Part shown: one piece after another, positions 1-12,331 of the stretch
Numbering within the stretch: position 1 is the stretch's first letter
Layout of the letters: each line of letters opens with the position of its first letter
Assembly (NCBI RefSeq): GCF_039654945.1
Contig: NW_027361741.1
Span: 35,216,001-35,280,000, forward strand
Direction: 5' to 3'
DNA: 64,000 nt
From: Dendrobates tinctorius
Taxonomy: Eukaryota
The notes under the pieces: generated by a model
What the model was told of the DNA's origin: nothing
The model's input: only the letters and a program-made list of their open reading frames with translations
The model's database searches: none
Translations under genes and position numbers: made by a program

Positions 1-2514
1 AAACTGGACACAATATTCCAGATGAGGTCTGACCAAAGAGGAGTAGAGGGAAATAATGACTTCACGTGATCTAGACTGTATGCTTCTGTTAATACATCCT
101 AGAATTGCATTTGCTTTTTTTGCTGCTGCATCACACTGTTGACTCATATTCAGTTTGTGATCTATTAGTATACCCAAGTCTTTTTCACATGTGCTGTTGC
201 TTAGGCCTATTCCTCCCATTCTGTATATGCTTTTTTCATTTTTATTGCCCAGATGTAGTACTTTGCATTTTTCCCTGTTAAAAACCATTCTGTTAGTTGC
301 TGCCCACTTCTCCAGTTTATTTATATCTTTTTGAATCCTCTCTCTCTCTTCTCTAGTATTAGCTATCCCTCCTAGCTTTGTGTCATCAGCAAATTTAATC
401 AGTTTACCCTCAATTCCTTCATCTAAATCGTTGATAAAGATGTTGAACAATAAAGGGCCCAGGAGAGAGTCCTGTGGTACCCCACTTGAGACATTCTTCC
501 AACTGGTTGTGCAGCCATTTATGACCACTCTTTGGGTCCGATCACTAAGCCAGTTATGAATCCACCTAACAGTTGCCTTGTCCATTCCATACTTAGTCAT
601 TTTTTCAATAAGGATTGTATGAGATACTTTGTCAAATGCTTTGCTGAAGTCAAGATATACTATATCTACAGCATTTCCTTGATCCACCCAATCAGTGATT
701 CCATCATAGAAGGAAATTAAGTTAGTCTGACATGACTTATTAGTTACAAACCCATGCTGACTCTGTTTAATCACTTCATTCTTATCCAGGTACTGACATA
801 CATGTTGTTTAATAATTTGTTCAAAGATCTTTCCTGGTATAGAAGTCAGACTCACCGGCCTATAGTTGCCTGGGTCCACCTTCTTCCCCTTTTTGAAGAT
901 AGGAACAACATTTGCTCTTCTCCAGTCTTCTGGGACTTCTCCTGTTCTCCAAGAATTTTCAAATATTATGGAGAGGGGTTCAAAAATTTCTTCTGCTATC
1001 TCCTTCAGTACTCTGGGGTGTAATTCATCTGGACCTGGAGACTTGAATTCATTTAGGTTAGCTAAGTGTTTCCTCACTATCTTTCTGTTTATAGATATCC
1101 TGGATTCTTCTATTCCCTTAATAGGACAGTGAAGAACAGTTGATGTCACATTTCCTTTCTGAGAGAAAACAGATGCAAAATAGGAATTTAAAAGTTCGGC
1201 CTTCTCAACATCCTGTCTTACCATTTCATCATTTTCATCCTGTAAAAATCCTATAGCATCTTTGACTTTTCTTTTACTTTTGACATATCCCCAAAATCCT
1301 TTATTATTGCTTTCGACATCTCTTGCAAGCCTCAATTCATTGTCAGCTTTAGCTAATCTGATTTGTGCCCTGCAGGTTCTGCAGACAGCATTATATTCTT
1401 CTTTAGATATGCCTCCCTCTTTCCATTTTATAAACATTTCTTTCTTCCTTTTTAGCATGTGCTTAAGTTCTATGTTCATCCATCCTGGCTTCCTTAAATG
1501 CTTCCTATTCTTCCCTCTTTTCGGAATTGTTAACAATTGTGCTTTGAGAATTTCATTTTTCAAGATTTCCCATCCTTCCTGGACATTTTTGTCTTTAAGG
1601 ATATCCAGCCATTGGATCCCTCCAATTCTCTTTCTGAATCCCTTAAAATCTGCCTTTCTGAAATCTAACCTTGACGTCTGAGTCTTCACAGGTCTTCCTC
1701 CTCTAGTTATCCAAAATTCTAAAATAGCATGGTCGCTACCTCCTAGGGTCCCAGCCACTTTTACCTCCTCAACCATTTCCTCCCTGTTTATAAGGATTAG
1801 ATCCAAGGTAGCAGTTCCCCTTGTTTTCTCCCCTACCTTTTGGAAGATAAAGTTGTCAGCAAGAGAGGATAAGAATTTCCTTGACCTGTTAGTTTTGCCT
1901 GAGAGAGATTCCCAACAAATGTCTGGATAGTTGAAATCTCCCATGACAACTATGTCATATTTTTGGGAGAACTTGGCCATTTGATGCATAAAGAGTTCAT
2001 CCATATCTTCAGCTTGCACAGGCGGCCTGTAGTAAATGCCTACAATGGTGTCCTTTCCATTGTTCTGTCCTTGTATTCTTACCCAAACAGTTTCCACAGA
2101 ACTCCCAGTCTCTGAAGCTTCAATCTCTGTGCAGATATACGCGTTTCTAACATACAATGCGACACCTCCTCCTCGTTTATCAAGTCTGTTTCTTGCAAAT
2201 AAGTTGTATCCTTCTAGTCTTGTATTCCAATCATGTGTATTGTCCCACCAAGTTTCAGTGATTCCAATGACATCATATTTCTTTTCCTGCGTTAGTGGTT
2301 CCAATTCTCCTTGTTTGTTGCCCATGCTTTGTGCATTAGTATAGAAACATTTTAGTTTGTGATTGGTTTCTCTTTCTCCAATATTTTTATTAATTAGATT
2401 CTTTTGTCTTTGTTCTTCCTTTCCACTTCTAATAGCAGAGTTCTCAATAGCATTTGTCAGGTGTATGGCTTTTTCTAGTCTTTTGCTTCCCTTCCCATGT
2501 TGTTCTAGTTTAAA
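1..2514 (-). CDS. CR1 ORF2 (APE endonuclease + reverse transcriptase), runs off window
   Basis: Reverse complement of the 701-aa ORF at 49151. First ATG is at 2325, but the frame is open from 2586. The A6 run near 231-236 keeps frame where copy 2 (A7) is frameshifted. No terminated minus-strand ORF is listed here, consistent with an open frame to position 1. Confidence 0.85.
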
Positions 2515-3467
2515 GCTCTCCTTACAAGTGTAGCAAGACGACTTCCAAATACATGTTTTCCAGTCTTCGTAAGGTGCACCCCATCTCTAGCAAGTAGTCC
2601 ATCGTAAAGGTACCTCACTCCGTGATCCAGAAATCCAAATCGTTGCTGACGGCACCATTGACGTAGCCAGTTGTTCACCTGCAGAATCTTATTCCACCTC
2701 CTTGTTCCATGGCCATCCACTGGGAGGATGGAAGAGAAGACCACCTGCGCTCCCAGTTCTTTCACTTTCTTGCCTAAGTCTTCAAAGTCTCTGCAGATGG
2801 TTTCCAGGTCGTTTCTTGCGGTGTCATTTGTCCCCACATGTAGTAGCAGGAATGGGTAGTCATCTGTAGATCTGAAGAGTCCTGATATCCTGTCAGACAC
2901 ATCTTTAATTTTTGCACCTGGAAGACAGCACATTTCTCTTGAAGTTATATCCGGTCTGCAGATAGCGGCCTCTGTTCCTCTCAACAGGGAATCCCCCATG
3001 ACCACCACTCTCCGTTTCTTCTTCACAACATTTTTCTTTCTCCATCCAGGAGGACTCTGAAGGCGTACAAGGTTGCTGTTTGTGGGCAAAGTCTTATCCT
3101 GATGTATTTCTTCATTGGTTTCCTGCGTGAGAGCCTGGCACTGGTTTCTGAGCAGTATGGGTGCTGACTGCCTCCTGATCCTCCTGCTTCTCTGGTTCAC
3201 ATGTCTCCATTCCTCTGTTTCTTCAGGTGCACTTCGAATTTCTTCTCTTTCTGTAACATGAAGAGATAATTCTGCTCTGTCCAAGAACTCTTCACCTTCC
3301 TTAATGATCTTCAACGTAGCTAACCTCTCTTCGAGACTTTGCAACTTTTCCTCCAACAGGGACACAAGCTTGCATTTGTGGCATGTGAAGTTTGGCTTTT
3401 CCACTGGTAAATCTGTGAACATGTAGCAAGAAATGCAGCTCACCAAATGGCTCCTGGCCTCTTCCAT
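2505..3467 (-). CDS. CR1 ORF1 protein (zinc finger, leucine zipper, SGNH/GDSL esterase-like domain)
   Basis: From ATG 3467: CISC..CHKC zinc finger, LLEEKLQSLEERLATL coiled coil, GDSL, GTND and DGVH motifs; ends RRALN*. Confidence 0.9.
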   Translation of the reverse strand: MEEARSHLVSCISCYMFTDLPVEKPNFTCHKCKLVSLLEEKLQSLEERLATLKIIKEGEEFLDRAELSLHVTEREEIRSAPEETEEWRHVNQRSRRIRRQSAPILLRNQCQALTQETNEEIHQDKTLPTNSNLVRLQSPPGWRKKNVVKKKRRVVVMGDSLLRGTEAAICRPDITSREMCCLPGAKIKDVSDRISGLFRSTDDYPFLLLHVGTNDTARNDLETICRDFEDLGKKVKELGAQVVFSSILPVDGHGTRRWNKILQVNNWLRQWCRQQRFGFLDHGVRYLYDGLLARDGVHLTKTGKHVFGSRLATLVRRALN

Positions 3468-3508
3468 ATTGAGATTTCTTAAAAACGATGAAAGATGAGT
3501 CAAAAATA

Positions 3509-3802
3509 TGGGAATATGCAGATGATCTCCTCAAGACTCTTCCCCTGGTTTTCCGATTTCCTCTTTTCAGCTGCAACAGCCAAAACCCAGTGATCGTTGA
3601 GCTCGCGGAGACTCTTCACTTATCCCAGAAGGCACTGGGAATATGCAGATGATCTCCTCAAGACTCTTCCCCTGGTTTTCCGATTTCCTCTTTTCAGCTG
3701 CAACAGCCAAAACCCAGTGATCGTTGAGCTCGCGGAGACTCTTCACTTATCCCAGAAGGCACTGGGAATATGCAGATGATCTCCTCAAGACTCTTCCCCT
3801 GG
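3509..3802. repeat. 127-bp tandem monomers (about 2.3 copies) in CR1 5' UTR
   Basis: tgggaatatgcagatgatctcctcaagactcttcccctgg recurs at 3509, 3636 and 3763. Confidence 0.92.
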
Positions 3803-5480
3803 AGTGTGACCAACCTGTCAGTCAGTTCTCCAAGCGATGCTACAGATCGCTTGGAAAACGCTAGCATTTTGCAAGCTAAATACGCTTGCAAAATGCTAGT
3901 TTTTCCGCGGGAAAATCGCGGGAATTTAAAATGCGATTTTCCCGCGGACTGGAATTCCGGAATTCTCGCGGTAATTTCCGCGAGAGTTCCGGTACGTGTG
4001 CACTTTAAATTTAACCTCTTAACAGCCAATGACGGACATAGTCAGTTATTGGCCGCCTCCCTCTGTTTGGTGCAGGCTCTGGCGATAAGCCTACACCTTT
4101 TCCGGCACATGACAGCTGATCTGATCAGCAGACAAGTGCCCGGAACAGCCGCAGGTGGAGTCGCGATTCACCCGTGGCTATTAACATGTTAAATGCCACA
4201 GTTAAATGCCCCTAGCTAACAAGTTCACGATTGATGAATATGCAAGATAGCAACCAATGTCAATAGTCCTCACTCTCTTGCGAGTCCCTGTATATTAATA
4301 CATGTACCGTGGATCCAAGTTGCAAACCTAAATGCATATCTCATAATAACGCTAGAAACAACATGTTTTAATAAGACATGTTCACATAGTACAGTAGTGC
4401 GGGCAGACCGCCAGCAGAAACTTCAGCACACATTTCACTGAAAACAGCTTTGCGGAACCCAGAAAAAAACACAGGCACAAGTAATAGACAGCAAAGACAC
4501 ATCCCACAGATATAGGCAAACAACCAAATTGCTTTAGCCAATTGGGGACTGTTATTGTGGAAGCTCCAGTGAAATTACCGCAGAATCATTCCTGAAGGAG
4601 ACCTTTAGATTACATTTTAATAGCCTCTTCATCTGACTTTTTCTAAGTAGACCCCCAGTAATGTTTCATATCCTGATCTCAGCACTTCTTAAAAATATAC
4701 AGGGTATTTTCATATTACTTGTTTTTTTCTTAGAGGGAATTGGTCATTTCATTCAAACTCTGTCTCCTTCCCCAAACCGATTACTTGAATGTTTAGGCTG
4801 TGAGAATATAAACAATTCTATACCTTTAATATATAAAATCACTGCTGTATTGTATAGAAAAAAGGCAAAAGTGATATGCAAAAAAAGGAAAAAGTGATAT
4901 GCAAAAAAGGCAAAAGTGATATGCAAAAAAAGGCTAGAAGTGCTCTGGGCAAGAATGGAGCACTTCCACGGTCTCAGCTGTTTTACCTTTGCTGGTTATA
5001 AAAATGGGCGGGGCCCCATGTTGTTGTTTTTTTCATTCATTCTTTTATTTATTAGATTAATAGCTGTAACATACAACATACAAGGCACCTAAGGGAGCCA
5101 TTTTTTATAATCTGTCCTGGTGTTGTGAAATTAGATGTCTACTGTATCTAATTATCTATCTACCTATCTATCAAGGGTCTTTTCACAAAGTTTGCAAACC
5201 TTTAACACGTAAAAATCATTATTTTCTGCAAGGCATTTTATTCACAAGTGTGTCACACGGACACGCGACACTGATAACACCGGTATGGTTTTTCCAGTAA
5301 CTGTATCATCAGGACGTGCGAAGGGGGATTTAGGCAGTGTATTCACGATGACATTTTGGTGAGTTTTAGACACAGCGTATTTTTGCTGCTTCAAAAACGC
5401 AGCGTCTTAGGTTACATGGCTGGTCCATACAATCAGGGCAACTGTTACCACCAACCTTTCGTGTCTACCTCTTTCCTCAT

Positions 5481-5657
5481 AGACTGTAAGCTTGCGAGCA
5501 GGGCCCTCTTTCCGCTTGGTATTTGTTATAATCTATGTGATTATTGTTATGCTGTAATGTCTATCGTCTGTACAAATCCCCTCTGAAATGTAAAGTGCTG
5601 CGGAATATGTCGGCGCTATATAAATAAAATTTATTATTATTATTATTATTATTATTA
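5481..5657 (+). mobile_element. L2-like LINE/SINE 3' end with (TAT)n tail
   Basis: agactgtaagct...tgtaaagtgctgcggaatatgtcggcgctatataaataaa followed by (tat)n. Confidence 0.7.
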
Positions 5658-8600
5658 CATTCCCACCATGAGTATTTGGTGAGTTTTTGATATTGTAGAT
5701 TTTCTGCACCATTTCTGCACCTATTATGTAAATTAGGGTGCAGAAAATCTGCAACATTAAAAACTCACCATATACTCATTGTGAGAACGTAGCCTTAATG
5801 CTAAAAATGAAATCCACCTTCTGGGCCCCGCAGCCATGCTTTTTTTATTTTCCTTGGCTCCTCTATAGGGAAATTTTGGTTTCTTGCTTTGTGCTGTATA
5901 AATGAATTAGTGATGCTGCGCCATAACTCAGTGCACATGAAGGCACAAGGATGAAGTATTGTTTGTGCTCTTCCTCTTATCAAGGTGGCTACAACACCGC
6001 TGTCTATGTATTCCAATACACGTGTATGTGTGAAAGGGACGGAGTATAAAGTTAAGGGTTAGGTTCCCACAATTAGCTTTTGGTGAGTTTTTGAAGCAGC
6101 AATTTTTTATTTAAAACATTACAGCTTTATTTCACACGTGACATACCAAAGAGGAACAAAAACCGCTGTGTTAAAAATACACAAGAATATAAAAATGCAA
6201 TGACGCAACACAAGGTACCTAATTTAGCTAACAGATAAAAATCTGCAACATCAAAAACTCACCAAATACTCATTGTGGGAATGACGCTTAATATAGAGGA
6301 AAAAAAACTCTCACAAGAGATTCTCTTTAACCATGTGCTTGAAATGGAAGGACGACCATCGTTAGCATTAATATGTCTGTCTGCATTTGGAGCTAAAATC
6401 TGACACCCTGTGGAGAGAAAGGGAACTGCAGTAACAAAAGGCAGGAGTAGAACAAAAAGGCCATGTGGTTAACATAGAAGAATGCCCTATGTCTGTCTAT
6501 ATTTGCCAGTTGGGTTGTACAAAGAGTACGGAGCCAGAGCAGCATGGCCGGTCATAGGCGCTGCAGATCAGCTTCCTTTCACATCAATAGGAGCAACTAC
6601 AGGTGTAAGTCAGAGAAGAATAAATGGAAATAACCAGCTCACCCACATTCCGGCTCATTGAATCCTCGGCCTGGAAACACAACCCCTGCTTGATGTTGTT
6701 TGTGAACAACTTTCTGTGGTGTAAATCAACAGGAAAAAAGAATCTGCAACACATTTTGTATTCATTTTGCTATATTCTGATGAGGAAATGGGGGAGTGTG
6801 GAAAATGGAACTGGGATCCTTTCCAGATTTTACTACGAAGCCCTATGGTTACTTGCCGTGTTAGACAGGGGTGCCAAGGGCCCACCGGTAACTTTGACTC
6901 TGGCAACCCACTGTTCAGCCACATGCAAATATTACATTACCTTCATTCATAAATGTGCCTGTGCTTCTATATAATAATAAACTGGGTGTCTTGTAAAGTG
7001 GAATCCGTCAGCAGGATTTCACCCCCAAACTATTTATATGTGCATGTAGCTCTTTCTAAAATGCAGGGAAAAACGGAAGGCCTCACCGTGTCAATGTGCT
7101 TGGTAGCCTTGAATTTGCCAGCAGCGATCCAAAAAATTCTGTCTGATCACAATGAGAGGAAAAAAAAAAGTTGCAGGATCACACAGCTGAATAATAAAAA
7201 AAAACAATTATTCTTTATTTCACACCCCATAGGGTGTGAAATAAAGAAGTCCAGAAATACCATTGCATGACCAGTCCATTCCTTAATTACTGAGAAATCA
7301 GTGTTTGAATTGATATGCAAATGAGGCTGTAGATCTGAAGCCTCCGTCACTCCAGCTCTATTGTCCACCCAGCGCCACCTCTTCCTGCATGACTGATGGC
7401 TCCTTTGCCTGAAGTCATACAGCATCAAGGCTGTCAGTCAAGCAGGAGGACGCAACACTGGGTGGGCAAAAGAGCTGAAGTGACAGGGGCTTCAGATCTA
7501 CACATAGTTTACAAGCCTCATTTGCATATAAATTAAAAGGTTGATTTCTCAGTTACAGAGGAACAGACTGGCCATGTAAAGGTATCATTGTGCTTGTGTG
7601 TGAAAGAGCTAATTTCACATATAAATAGTTTGGGCTGTAAAATCCTGTTGGCAGATTCCCTTTAATGGGAACCTGTCACCATCAAAAATGCTACTAACCT
7701 GCAGATGTGGGGTCAGTATGCAAGTTAATAGCTTTTCTAACCTGCCTGGTGAATGCACGTAGCCAAATGCTGTGGAGAGAAAATGAACTTTATTCTCTCC
7801 GGCAGCATTCGGTTTGAGTCACGGAGTGGCGCAGGTTCAGTCACCGCTCTGAGTATACAGAGCGGTCACTGTAACTGCGCCCTAGGCCCTGACTGACACT
7901 GGCCCCGCATTAGAGCTGTCAGTGAGTGCCAGGGATGCGGTTACAGCTGCTGCTCTATATACTCAGAGTGGTGACTGAACCCGCGCCAATCCCGTGACTC
8001 AAACCGAATACTGCCGGCTATGTGCGGGCGCCGGGCAGGTTAGTAACGCTATTGCAAAAAATGAAATAAAGAGCGATCAAAAGATTGTATCTACACCCAA
8101 ATGTTATCAATAAAAACGTCAGCTCGGCGCGCAAAATATAAACCCTTACCCGGCCCTAGATCCCAAAAAATGGCAACTTTTTTTTGGGAGAAACTTTGGA
8201 ATTTTTTTTCCACTACTTAAATAAAAAAGAACCTAGACTTGTTTGGTATCTATAAACTCGCAATGATCTGGAGAATCATAATGGCAGGTCAGTTTTAGCA
8301 TTTAGCGAACATAGTAAAAAACCTTTATACTGCAATTTCATCGCACTTTGAATATTTTTCCCGTATTCAAGTACACAATATGGTTAAATCAATGTTGTTG
8401 TTCAAAAGTACAACTTGTCCCGCAAAAAAACAAGCCATCACATGGCCATATTGACGGAAAAATAAAATTATGCCTCTGGAAAGAAGGGGAACAAAAATGG
8501 GAAACTCAGTAAAAAATGGAAGATACCCCTGGTCCTTAAGGGGTTAAATGAATGTATAGATGCCACCTTTGTCAGTACACAGTGAATATGGTGTATTATG

Positions 8601-8711
8601 CCAATTCCTGCTTGCATAGGGATTGACCTTTAACCCCAGGGGACCAGTCCAAGCCTGGTTGCTTGTACCACTACCTTGTGTATTGTGTTTCTACTGCAGC
8701 AACATTATATA

Positions 8712-10864
8712 CAGCTCTGGCAAGAAATTAAGGGACCACTGCAAAATTTTCAGTTTGTCTGATATTTCTCTTTATAGGTATATTTTTGAGTAATATGTAA
8801 ATTGCTCTTTTATTCTATAAACTACTGAACATGTCTCCGAATTTCCAAGCATTAAATTTTGTATTTATTTTCAGAAAATGAGAAATGGTCAATAACAAGA
8901 AATGCAGTGCTTGCAGACCTCAAATAATGCTAAGAAAACAAGTTCATAATCATTTAGAAACAACAATACTAATGTTTTAACTCAGGAGGAGTTCAGACAT
9001 CAATAGTTTGTGGAATAACCATGATTTTTAGTCACAGCTTTCATGCATCTTGGCATGCTTTACACCAATCTTTCACATTGGTTTTGGGTGAACCTTATGC
9101 CACTGCTGGTACAAAAATGTAAGCAGTTCTTCTGTTTGATGGCTTGTGCCAATCCATCTTCCTCTTGATTACATTCCAGAGGTTTTCAATGGGGTTCATG
9201 TCTGGAGATTGGGCTGACCATGACAGGGATTTGATGTGGTGGTCCTTCATCCACACATTGATTGACCTAGCTGTGTAGCATGGCACATTGTCCTGCTAGA
9301 AAACCAATCCTCAGAGTTGGGAACATTGCCTGAGTAGAAGGAATCAACTGTTTTTCCAGGATAACCTTGTATGCGGCTTGATTCATACGTCCTTCGCAAA
9401 GATTAACCTGCCCAATTCCAGCCTTGCTGAAGCATGCCCAGATCATCACCGATCCTCCACCAAATTTCACAGTGGGTGCAAGACACTGTGGCTTGTACAC
9501 CTCTCCAGGTCTCTGTCTAACCAATAGACGACTAGGTGTTGGGCAAAGCTGAAAATTAGACTCATCAGAGAAGATTACCTTACTCCAGTCCTCTATGGTC
9601 CAATCCTTATGGTCTTTGGCAAACTTCAGCCTGGCTCTCCTTTGCTTCTCATTGAAAGGCTTTTTTCTAGCTTTACATGACTTGAGCCCTGCCTTTAGGA
9701 GCCTGTTAGAAACTGTTCTTGCTGTGCACTTCACCCCAGCTGTCATTTTCCATTCCTTTTGTAGGGCACTTGATGTTATCTTGCGGTTGCTGAGTAATAT
9801 TCGAATCAGATGACGGTCATCCCGGTCAGTGGAGAGTCGCTTTCACCCTCTGCCGGTCTGTAGCTTTGATGTCCCTAATGTCTGCTGCTTGACCCTGCTG
9901 TAAAGGACTGCCGTCTTAGGCCTGTTTCACACTTCAGTTTTTTGTGTCAGTTAAAATCCGCCAAAAAGGCGGATCCCTTTGTAAATGATGTGAACAGATG
10001 CTGCCGGATCCGTTTTTTTGACGGATCCGCCGAATGAAGATTTTTAAAAGAACCGCTGCCCGGGAAGGAGAGAGAGAGGGAGAGAGAGGGAGAGAGAGAG
10101 AATTTTTGTCTGTCCGCCAGAAATGATTTCCTCCTGAGTGAGAGAGAGGAGAGAGAATTTTTGTCTGTGCGCCAGAAATGATTTCCTCCTGATTTCATTC
10201 CTCCGGGCATGCGCTGAATAAAAATGTGGATCCTGCAGTAAAAAAAACGTTACATGGTCCGTCCAGGCATCTCGGCGGACGACAAAAAATTGACGGATCT
10301 GCAAAAAAACGGATCCAACGGAGGGCCATCCATCAAGATCCGCCGGTAATGCAAGTCAATGGGGGAAAAAACGGATCCGCCAAAAAAAATGGCGGATCCG
10401 TTTTTTTGCAAAAACGGCTGATTTTGACTGATGGTCAAAAACGGAAGTATGAAACAGGCCTTAGACTTTTTAAGGATGGAGGCAACATGACGCTCACTGT
10501 ATCCCTCTGCTAGTAAAGCCAGAATTGAGCCCTTCTTTTCCTCACTCAAGGCTTTTCTTTTCAACTCCTTTGGCATGGTTAAAAGTTATTTTTTCATTCC
10601 TATTACTTTCGGGATATGACTAGCATTTGTTTTGCCATCCAGCTTGTCCTATTGCAAGAGGATTGTGAACACCACAGCAGGGTTTTTTATACTTTCCTTC
10701 GTTAAATAAGATTTGGTTCAGGTGATCACCTAATCAGAAGCACATTAAGTAGAATGAGGTGTACTCTGGTTGGAATTCAACTGACACTGGAATGGCTGTC
10801 CGACATGTAGAGAAGCTGATTTTTATAAAACTGTGCAGTGGTCTCTTACTTTTTGAAAGAGCTG
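8712..10864 (-). mobile_element. Tc1/mariner transposon with disrupted transposase
   Basis: TA-flanked TIRs cagctctggcaa...gaccactgca / tgcagtggtc...gagctg; transposase pieces WSKVIFSDES, FGGGSVMIW, SPDMNPIENLW in ORFs 9095-9746 and the N-terminus at 10576. Confidence 0.93.
9919..10460. mobile_element. PIF/Harbinger-type MITE nested in the Tc1 transposase gene
   Basis: TIR ggcctgtttcacactt / aagtatgaaacaggcc, TTA target duplication on both sides, internal cggatccg repeats. Confidence 0.88.
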
Positions 10865-11770
10865 TACAATATCCTTGTAGTGTGACATCACTGCTTCCTC
10901 TCGTGCTATATTATTACTCTTCCGTGACATTATTGTGTGCATTAGTCTGGAGCTATGACATCACTTTGTATTTAGTGTGTTCATTATCGCTTTTATGTTG
11001 TATTACCTCCGTACTGTGACACCAGTGTGTACATTTCTTCCCAGTACATGTTTAAATATAAGGAGCCATAGTTACCGTACTAAGTATCCCTATGCAAGCA
11101 GCTCAGCCATTGGGGCAGTCAGGTGATCAGATTTGGTCTGAATGCATAGACCTAGTCTAGATCAGGGGTAATCTTGGCCCTCGCTTCCCCTTTTGACTCC
11201 TTCCCAGCTTGTGACTTGTATTAACTTGTTCAAATAATTGAATGGCTTATTCCCAATATCACAAGCTATTCCCCAGCCTCTCCCATGGGGTCCGAGTATG
11301 GGCAGGGGATAACTTGTAAATTAGGGAATAAAGCTTTAAGGCATTTTTTTATTTCAGGGCTGGAGTGTAGCCATGAACGCACGTTCCCTGCCCCAAGTAT
11401 TATACTCCGCAGCCGCCGTCTTCTGCTCTTCCCGCGCCGCCATCTTGTGCCCGCAGCTTCGGACTGACTGGTCACATCCTGTAGATAGAACACGACCGGC
11501 GCGGACGGCTGCTGGTGAGTATAAGGCCGGGAACTTACATTAGTGACACCACTCTAAAAAAAGAATCTCCTACAGTAGTGCATTAGCGCAGATTTGCATT
11601 TATGGCTACAAATTCTCCTATTTTCTATTGATTTTGACCCCATGACAATAGTGAAAGCAATAAGAATCCTTCATGACAGGGACGTGACATTGGGAGTCCT
11701 CACACCACAGCAGACATTTCCTCCTCCGCATTGTCCTCCACATTCCCATTTCCTACCCACCCAGCTCCTG

Positions 11771-11840
11771 CACGTGACGCATGCGCACTCACAGATGACA
11801 TTTGCGCTCGCCTGCGGGCAAGAATTTGAACGCATGCGCA
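11771..11840 (+). promoter_or_regulatory. COX6A1 proximal promoter: E-box plus two NRF1-like sites
   Basis: CACGTG at 11771-11776; CGCATGCGCA at 11778-11787 and 11831-11840; 80-150 nt upstream of the ATG in CpG-rich sequence. Confidence 0.75.
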
Positions 11841-11918
11841 TCACGCCGGTTCCCTCCCCTTCCGGTGCCTTGGAGAGCAGGCTTCTCACGTCCGCATCCG
11901 CTCTCAGTGAGGGACATC

Positions 11919-12018
11919 ATGGCGGCGCTGGGCAGACTCTCTGGCGTACTTGGTCGTTCGGTGGCTAACCGCGGGCGCTTGTTTTCTGCGGCAGCGCATG
12001 CTGAGCATGGGGATGCAG
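11919..12018 (+). CDS. COX6A1: Cytochrome c oxidase subunit 6A1, coding exon 1 (mitochondrial presequence)
   Basis: ATG at 11919; [33 protein letters not shown] is Arg/Ser/Ala-rich like a transit peptide; donor CAG|gtatag at 12018/12019 (phase 1). 6A1 rather than 6A2 is inferred from synteny with TRIAP1-GATC-SRSF9. Confidence 0.93.
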
Positions 12019-12134
12019 GTATAGGGCGACAGCAGTGCGGCAGGGGTGGCCGGTACTGTGGGTCACCTTCAGCAGGCCGCTGTCAGTGAAGGTCACCCCG
12101 CGGCAGCGGCTCATCTCTACTTCTCTCCCCGCAG

Positions 12135-12274
12135 CTCGCACATGGAAGATCCTGACCTATGTGGTGGCGCTGCCTGGTGTGGCTGTGTGCATGCTGAACG
12201 CGTACCTGAAGGCGCAGCACCATGAGCCCCGGCCGGAGTTCGTAGCCTATGAGCACCTGCGGATCCGGACCAAG
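12135..12274 (+). CDS. COX6A1: COX6A1 coding exon 2 (transmembrane helix)
   Basis: Acceptor ttctctccccgcag|; [47 protein letters not shown]; donor AAG|gtagtg. Confidence 0.96.
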
Positions 12275-12331
12275 GTAGTGTCTCATCCTGGGGGAGGGGG
12301 GTCAGTGATGGCACTGTGACTGGTCACCGGT

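Larger units (their letters stand above)
1..3802 (-). mobile_element. CR1-clade LINE, apparently full length (3' end beyond window start)
   Basis: 5' UTR with tandem monomers, intact ORF1, and ORF2 with APE endonuclease and RT (IKFADDTK); near-identical to the copy at 48588-51953. Confidence 0.95.

Noticed and set aside
532-2859. Plus-strand ORFs, mirrored at 49132-51608 on the minus strand
   Set aside because: Antisense shadows of CR1 ORF1/ORF2.
11358-11560. YY1-like gccgccatcttg upstream of COX6A1
   Set aside because: Lies in a repeat similar to 39698-40070, so not called as a promoter element.
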